Shown: positions 59,810-64,000 of the stretch, piece after piece | Position numbering within the stretch: the first letter of the stretch is position 1 | How the letters are laid out: every line of letters begins with the position of its first letter | Source: Salinispira sp. | GTDB lineage: Bacteria > Spirochaetota > Spirochaetia > DSM-27196 > Salinispiraceae | Direction of reading: 5' to 3' | Assembly: GCA_965602015.1 (NCBI GenBank) | Contig: OZ271918.1 | Span: forward strand, 288,001 to 352,000 | DNA: 64,000 nt | The notes under the pieces: model-generated | What the model was told of the DNA's origin: nothing | Seen by the model: only the letters and a program-made list of their open reading frames with translations | The model's database searches: none | Made by a program: the position numbers and the translations under genes

Positions 59810-60268
59810 TTAGGATCTGCCGATTTGAGACTTGCGGGTATACTTTGCAATGTGCGAGCGGTGACGGAATCGCAACAGCGACCAGTCTTCATCAAATGCT
59901 ATTTGCCGGACGCCTTCGAAACCCAGGTCCAGAATAGCCTCCCAACCGCTATCCCGGTTAAAATCCGCTGTATATCTCTTGGAGCTAGCTTTCGGATAGG
60001 CGAACCAGAATAGGGGATCGCCCGCTGGGTCTGCATCGGCAGCCTTGATTGCCGCCGCAAGGCTGTCGATATGCGCTTTCTCAAACAGAAAGGCGAGAAC
60101 ACAGTCTTTCGAGCCTACATAGTCCGCCGGCAGCCTATAATCCCTGCTGAATATCAGCGGTATATGCGCTTCGCTTCTTTCCAGAGCCTTGCGGACATCC
60201 TCCGGGGCATTAAGTATCAGTAATCGATGGGCGTCTTTAAGCTGGAGCTTTTTATTCACGTTTTCCAT
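59810..60268 (-). CDS. Conserved hypothetical protein
   Basis: KKLQLK..LNAP...WFAYPK.SSK....DFNRD.GW...GFEGVRQIA.DEDWS.LRFR pattern; RBS present. Confidence 0.7.
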   Translation of the reverse strand: MENVNKKLQLKDAHRLLILNAPEDVRKALERSEAHIPLIFSRDYRLPADYVGSKDCVLAFLFEKAHIDSLAAAIKAADADPAGDPLFWFAYPKASSKRYTADFNRDSGWEAILDLGFEGVRQIAFDEDWSLLRFRHRSHIAKYTRKSQIGRS

Positions 60269-60300
60269 TTTCGCCTCCCTGCGGGCTGGCTGATCACCTT

Positions 60301-60672
60301 CTATCGATGCTGGTCGAAAAGGATGGGATTGCCGTCGGGATCTATCAGGGTAAATGATGCCGGTCCGCTTCCGGACTCGTCGGCGGCTTCCACGGGGGTA
60401 ATGCCCGATGCGATTAGGGACTTTTGAATCTCTCTCACATCGGTGAAATCGTCGAGGTTTTCCCCGTTCTGATTCCAGCCGGGGTTAAATGTGATGATGT
60501 TCTTTTCGAACATCCCCTGGAATAGGCCGATTACCGTATCGCCGCTTTTGAGCATCAGCCAGTTCTGCTCTATATCGCCGCCGAACTCAACAAATCCGAG
60601 CTTCTTATAAAAATCCCGTGATGCTTTTATATCCTTAACAGCCAGGCTGATGGAAAATGCACCGAGTTTCAT
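60301..60672 (-). CDS. VOC/glyoxalase family protein
   Basis: SLAVKDI.AS..FY.KLGF...[11 protein letters not shown]. Confidence 0.88.
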   Translation of the reverse strand: MKLGAFSISLAVKDIKASRDFYKKLGFVEFGGDIEQNWLMLKSGDTVIGLFQGMFEKNIITFNPGWNQNGENLDDFTDVREIQKSLIASGITPVEAADESGSGPASFTLIDPDGNPILFDQHR

Positions 60673-60743
60673 ACATGCCTCCTTGGGACCCCAGGGTCCA
60701 TTACTTAACTATAGCCGCAGAATGAGGAAAATGCGAATCTTTG

Positions 60744-61973
60744 TCAGGTCTCGACCTTCATTTCCATGGCGATGAGGGGCCGGGGAGCGAGACTGGTGAG
60801 GGAATCGGAGCTTACTCCCATGAATCCGTCTCCGAACATGTGATTCACATGTCCGGAGAGCTTGAACTCCGGACACCTGCCTATAAAACGCTCGCCGTCA
60901 TAATACAGGGCTAACTGCACCGGGCTGGCAAAGGCTCCGTCGGGGGTAAAATCACCTCCCGAGGCGATTACTACCACCACTCCCGGTTCGCCGCCAAGAA
61001 TATCTCTGGTCGTTCTTGTTCCCGGTTTGATCGCGAGGTGAGGCATTGATATTCCCGGCGTCTCATCGAAATCACCGCCTGCGCATCCGGTTTGCGGCAG
61101 ACCGAACTGCATCGCGTACTCCCGGTTCAGGTAGGGAGCCACCAGGACCCCGTTCTCAATGAGGGCAAAGCGGTCGTCGGGGTTCGCCACCCCTTCGCTG
61201 TCAAAAAATGCTTCGAGAAAGCCGTCGGCCCGGTTTCTGCTCTGATAGAGGGTAAAGTCCCGGTGAAACAGCTTTTCACCGATCTTGCTTGACCACTTCG
61301 ACCCGCCGCTGCCGAACTGAAGTCCCTGCAGTTCCTGAAGAAACTTTATTTTGTAACCCAGGTCGTTTTCCAGGAACAGCACCGGTCGGGTTCCACCGGT
61401 CATATTCATAGGGTTTTTCATAGCCTCGCAAATATCATTCGTGAGGCGGAGAAATTCCGGGGCATCCCACCTGGTTCCCTCTATCTCCGAGAAACCGTCC
61501 ATGATGTTCGGCGAGGACTGTTCCTTTATGCCCAGGGCAAACTCCATCATTCTGCTTGTATCCCGAAGGTCCAAACCCCGGTCGTTGCGCAGCGATGTCT
61601 CGGTTTTTCTTAATCTGGCGAGATAGGAAAAAATGAAATCCGGCTGACTTTCCCTCAGCTTTTCGAGAACTTCCTCAACCTCAGAGAGAAAGTTCTCCCT
61701 GACTGGTATTTGGGCGGGATTGTCACGGTGCTCCTTCCGCGGGCCCATGGGCTCCGGAGCGTAAGGGATGTTCATCTTCAGGAACGCAGAGGCGCGTTTT
61801 TCCAGCTTTGCCATATCCGGCTTTCCCAGGCCGCCGGCTACGGCTATATGGCCGTTGTGGTAGAGCCGCAGGGCTTCTTTTCGGATCGTTTTGCTCCGCA
61901 TTGAACTCACCCGGCTTTGGGCGATGCTGAGGGTCATTTCTTGGGTTTCTATTGCATAGTGTTCTTTGATCAT
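60744..61973 (-). CDS. PmbA/TldE-like metalloprotease modulator subunit
   Basis: FDSEG.....ALIENGVL, TGCAGG, SGGD...G.F; downstream of tldD. Confidence 0.78.
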   Translation of the reverse strand: MIKEHYAIETQEMTLSIAQSRVSSMRSKTIRKEALRLYHNGHIAVAGGLGKPDMAKLEKRASAFLKMNIPYAPEPMGPRKEHRDNPAQIPVRENFLSEVEEVLEKLRESQPDFIFSYLARLRKTETSLRNDRGLDLRDTSRMMEFALGIKEQSSPNIMDGFSEIEGTRWDAPEFLRLTNDICEAMKNPMNMTGGTRPVLFLENDLGYKIKFLQELQGLQFGSGGSKWSSKIGEKLFHRDFTLYQSRNRADGFLEAFFDSEGVANPDDRFALIENGVLVAPYLNREYAMQFGLPQTGCAGGDFDETPGISMPHLAIKPGTRTTRDILGGEPGVVVVIASGGDFTPDGAFASPVQLALYYDGERFIGRCPEFKLSGHVNHMFGDGFMGVSSDSLTSLAPRPLIAMEMKVET

Positions 61974-62000
61974 TTTGTCTCCTGTTATTCCCTCGCAGCC

Positions 62001-63341
62001 TTACTGTACATCCAGCGCTTTGACTCGGACCGACGGCCCGCCGAAACCCACCGGCAGCGGGAACTGCTCCATCTTTCCGCATCCTCCGAGAATGAAACTG
62101 AGGATTTCCCTGCCGTCAGAAAGGCCGTCTATGTCGCCGAGGGTCTTGAACACCGAACCGCTTACCACCGAAATATTGAGCGGTGAGGTGATTCTTCCGC
62201 TCTCAATCAGCCATGCCCGGTTTGGAGCAAGGGTGAAGGTAGACAGTCCCGAGCCGTGCCGAAGGGTTTCAACAAACACCCCCTTCTCGATGCCCTCAAG
62301 CAGCTCGTCAAAGCTCGAGTCGCCGGGCTCGATGTAGGTGGTTGTCATCCGTACGATGGGCTCGTATTCGAAATTCATGGCTCGGCCGTTTCCCGTCAGC
62401 TCCTCATGGAGGGATGCTGCGGTGACCGATGAGTGGAGCCGTCCGCTCAGTTTTCCGTTTTTGATGAGATACGTTTTGGTGCTCGTGCTGCCCTCATCAT
62501 CAAAGGGGGTGAAACCGGCACCAAGCTCCTCACCGGTATCCACTATGGAGAGAATCGGAGAACCCACTGACTTCCCGATGGACCACTCGGCCTTCATATT
62601 TTCATCGCCGAGCATAAAATCCGCTTCGGATTTATGACCGAAACTTTCATGGGCGAATACTCCGGCGGCTTCGGGACTTAAAATAACCGGGTAGGACCCT
62701 GCTTCGATGCTTCGGGCCTCGGAAAGGAAGCGCAGGGCCGTGGCGTACATGTGCTCAATGGCCTCGGCGGGATCGACCAGGCAGCTGAAATCATTGCCGG
62801 AGAAATCAATTGAGTCATCAAACTGCCGTTCGCCTTCGGCCAGGCTGATTCCGGCGCGGATACCCACCCGCTGATAATCCCAATGGAGGTCAGCGCCTTT
62901 GCTTGAGTAAAAATGCTTGGTCATCGATTCATCCACATAGCGGACTGTCCAGACCTTGACCTTTTCCCGGCCGTCAAGCAGTGGCTGATAGGATTTGACC
63001 ATGGCGAGCTTATCCGCAAGACTTCTGCTTCGGACGGATTTTCCACCGGTGAACCGATAATGCTCTCCGGTATTTGCCTGAAGCCGGGATACTACCGGGT
63101 CAGAAGTTCTGAGCCCCCGGGGATCGGCCATGCCGGAAAGCTGATCGATTTCCGATTGGATGGCTTTGACGTCACTGGTCGCCGAGTAGTACCAGCGGGT
63201 ACCGTCGTAGAGCCGGATAAAGGCTCCCAAAGACTCTCTCTCGCTGATGTTTTCAATCTTGCCGCTGGTGAGGGCAAGTGATGTCTTAAATCCGTCTTCA
63301 ATGCGGACATCGCAATACAGCCCGTCGGGGAAATTATACAT
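62001..63341 (-). CDS. tldD: TldD/PmbA family metalloprotease
   Basis: GVFAHESFGHKSEAD (HExxxH), FDDEG, TGNGRA...PIVRMT.T, CGKMEQ.PLPVG.GGP. Confidence 0.88.
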   Translation of the reverse strand: MYNFPDGLYCDVRIEDGFKTSLALTSGKIENISERESLGAFIRLYDGTRWYYSATSDVKAIQSEIDQLSGMADPRGLRTSDPVVSRLQANTGEHYRFTGGKSVRSRSLADKLAMVKSYQPLLDGREKVKVWTVRYVDESMTKHFYSSKGADLHWDYQRVGIRAGISLAEGERQFDDSIDFSGNDFSCLVDPAEAIEHMYATALRFLSEARSIEAGSYPVILSPEAAGVFAHESFGHKSEADFMLGDENMKAEWSIGKSVGSPILSIVDTGEELGAGFTPFDDEGSTSTKTYLIKNGKLSGRLHSSVTAASLHEELTGNGRAMNFEYEPIVRMTTTYIEPGDSSFDELLEGIEKGVFVETLRHGSGLSTFTLAPNRAWLIESGRITSPLNISVVSGSVFKTLGDIDGLSDGREILSFILGGCGKMEQFPLPVGFGGPSVRVKALDVQ

Positions 63342-63401
63342 ATTTGCTCCTTTGTACATTTAACCCCGATTTATCCTCATTTGCAAGAAAATCATGCATT
63401 T

Positions 63402-63494
63402 ATGCGTAAAGTTGCATAATTGCATGAAAAAACCTTGCATTACCCGGGTGCCCATGCTATATTACAGATATGCAAATTATTGCATAATTGCATG
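63402..63494. promoter_or_regulatory. Duplicated operator-like sites flanking a sigma70 promoter in the divergent tldD / regulator region
   Basis: TTGCATAATTGCATG at 63412-63426 and 63480-63494; TTGCAT-N17-TATATT with extended TG at 63435-63463. Confidence 0.6.
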
Positions 63495-63540
63495 CGGCAT
63501 TACACGACGATGTGTAGCGCTGCATAACACGGAGGTAGTC

Positions 63541-64000
63541 ATGCGGAACCTGTCTTTGATTAAGGCCGAGCCTGGAGAGGGAATTAGTTTCGCCCTGGAA
63601 CGGGTGTATGCCCTGCAGTCAAGCCTGTGCTTAATCAAAGACCCGGTTGACGGGCTTCATCCCTGGGTTCACGAAATGCGTCAGAAACTCAGCGAAGAAG
63701 AGCTTCGAAACACCCGGAAATTCTGCATGACTAACACCTTTCTGGACGGCAAAAGCTGGGATTCGGTAGAAGACTGGCTGAACCATGTCCGTCAGCTTAC
63801 TGACGAAGAAATGGTGGCCTCCGAGCTCGATAATCTGCGGGCCAAGGTCAAAACATTTAAGAATTTCACCCAGGAGATGCCTGAGGATCAGGTGCTCCTG
63901 AATGATGAACAGGCATATGTGGATTTTATTTCGGCATTTTGGCAGGCCGATGAAATGGATGTCGATGAGGAGGTAATAAGGGATGAGTATTACTTGTTAA
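63541..64000 (+). CDS. Partial CDS (runs off the window), possibly the N-terminal part of a transcriptional regulator
   Basis: GGAGG RBS at 63531; open frame MRNLSLIKAEPGEGISFALERVYALQSSLCL... to the window end. The regulator call rests on context only. Confidence 0.55.
   Translation, partial: MRNLSLIKAEPGEGISFALERVYALQSSLCLIKDPVDGLHPWVHEMRQKLSEEELRNTRKFCMTNTFLDGKSWDSVEDWLNHVRQLTDEEMVASELDNLRAKVKTFKNFTQEMPEDQVLLNDEQAYVDFISAFWQADEMDVDEEVIRDEYYLL

Overview
Bacterial chromosomal window, moderately GC-rich and gene-dense. The gene content (PEGA and PKD lipoproteins, many orphan histidine kinases, oadGAB, Na+/glutamate symporter) suggests a free-living, probably marine or halophilic spirochaete; this is an inference only. 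Most of it is ordinary housekeeping and metabolic genes: udk, rsmE, mdh, GH36 alpha-galactosidase, a ynjBCD-like ABC system, birA-oadGAB, 2-oxoacid:ferredoxin oxidoreductase, azlCD, a fatty acyl-CoA ligase, rsgA and tldD/pmbA. Two interlocking mobile-DNA systems stand out. (1) A 20-bp motif GTGCCCCCAAAACAGCTGAT occurs 10 times. It forms the inverted ends of a 1.25-kb element encoding an IS1-like Zn-ribbon/HTH/DDE-type protein, three REPIN-like inverted doublets of fixed length (145-146 bp) with perfect ends but highly diverged interiors, and two solo copies. (2) An IS110-family (IS1111-type) element has 18-bp subterminal inverted repeats, and its reconstructed insertion site matches the outer 15 bp of that repeat. 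Its downstream non-coding region contains four short segments matching the two target halves and the two donor-junction halves, consistent with a bridge/seek RNA aimed at the repeat family. Also notable is a candidate leader peptide-rsgA-hypothetical-aac(6')-like locus. No rRNA, tRNA or CRISPR array was recognised. All calls come from reading the sequence; no database searches were run.
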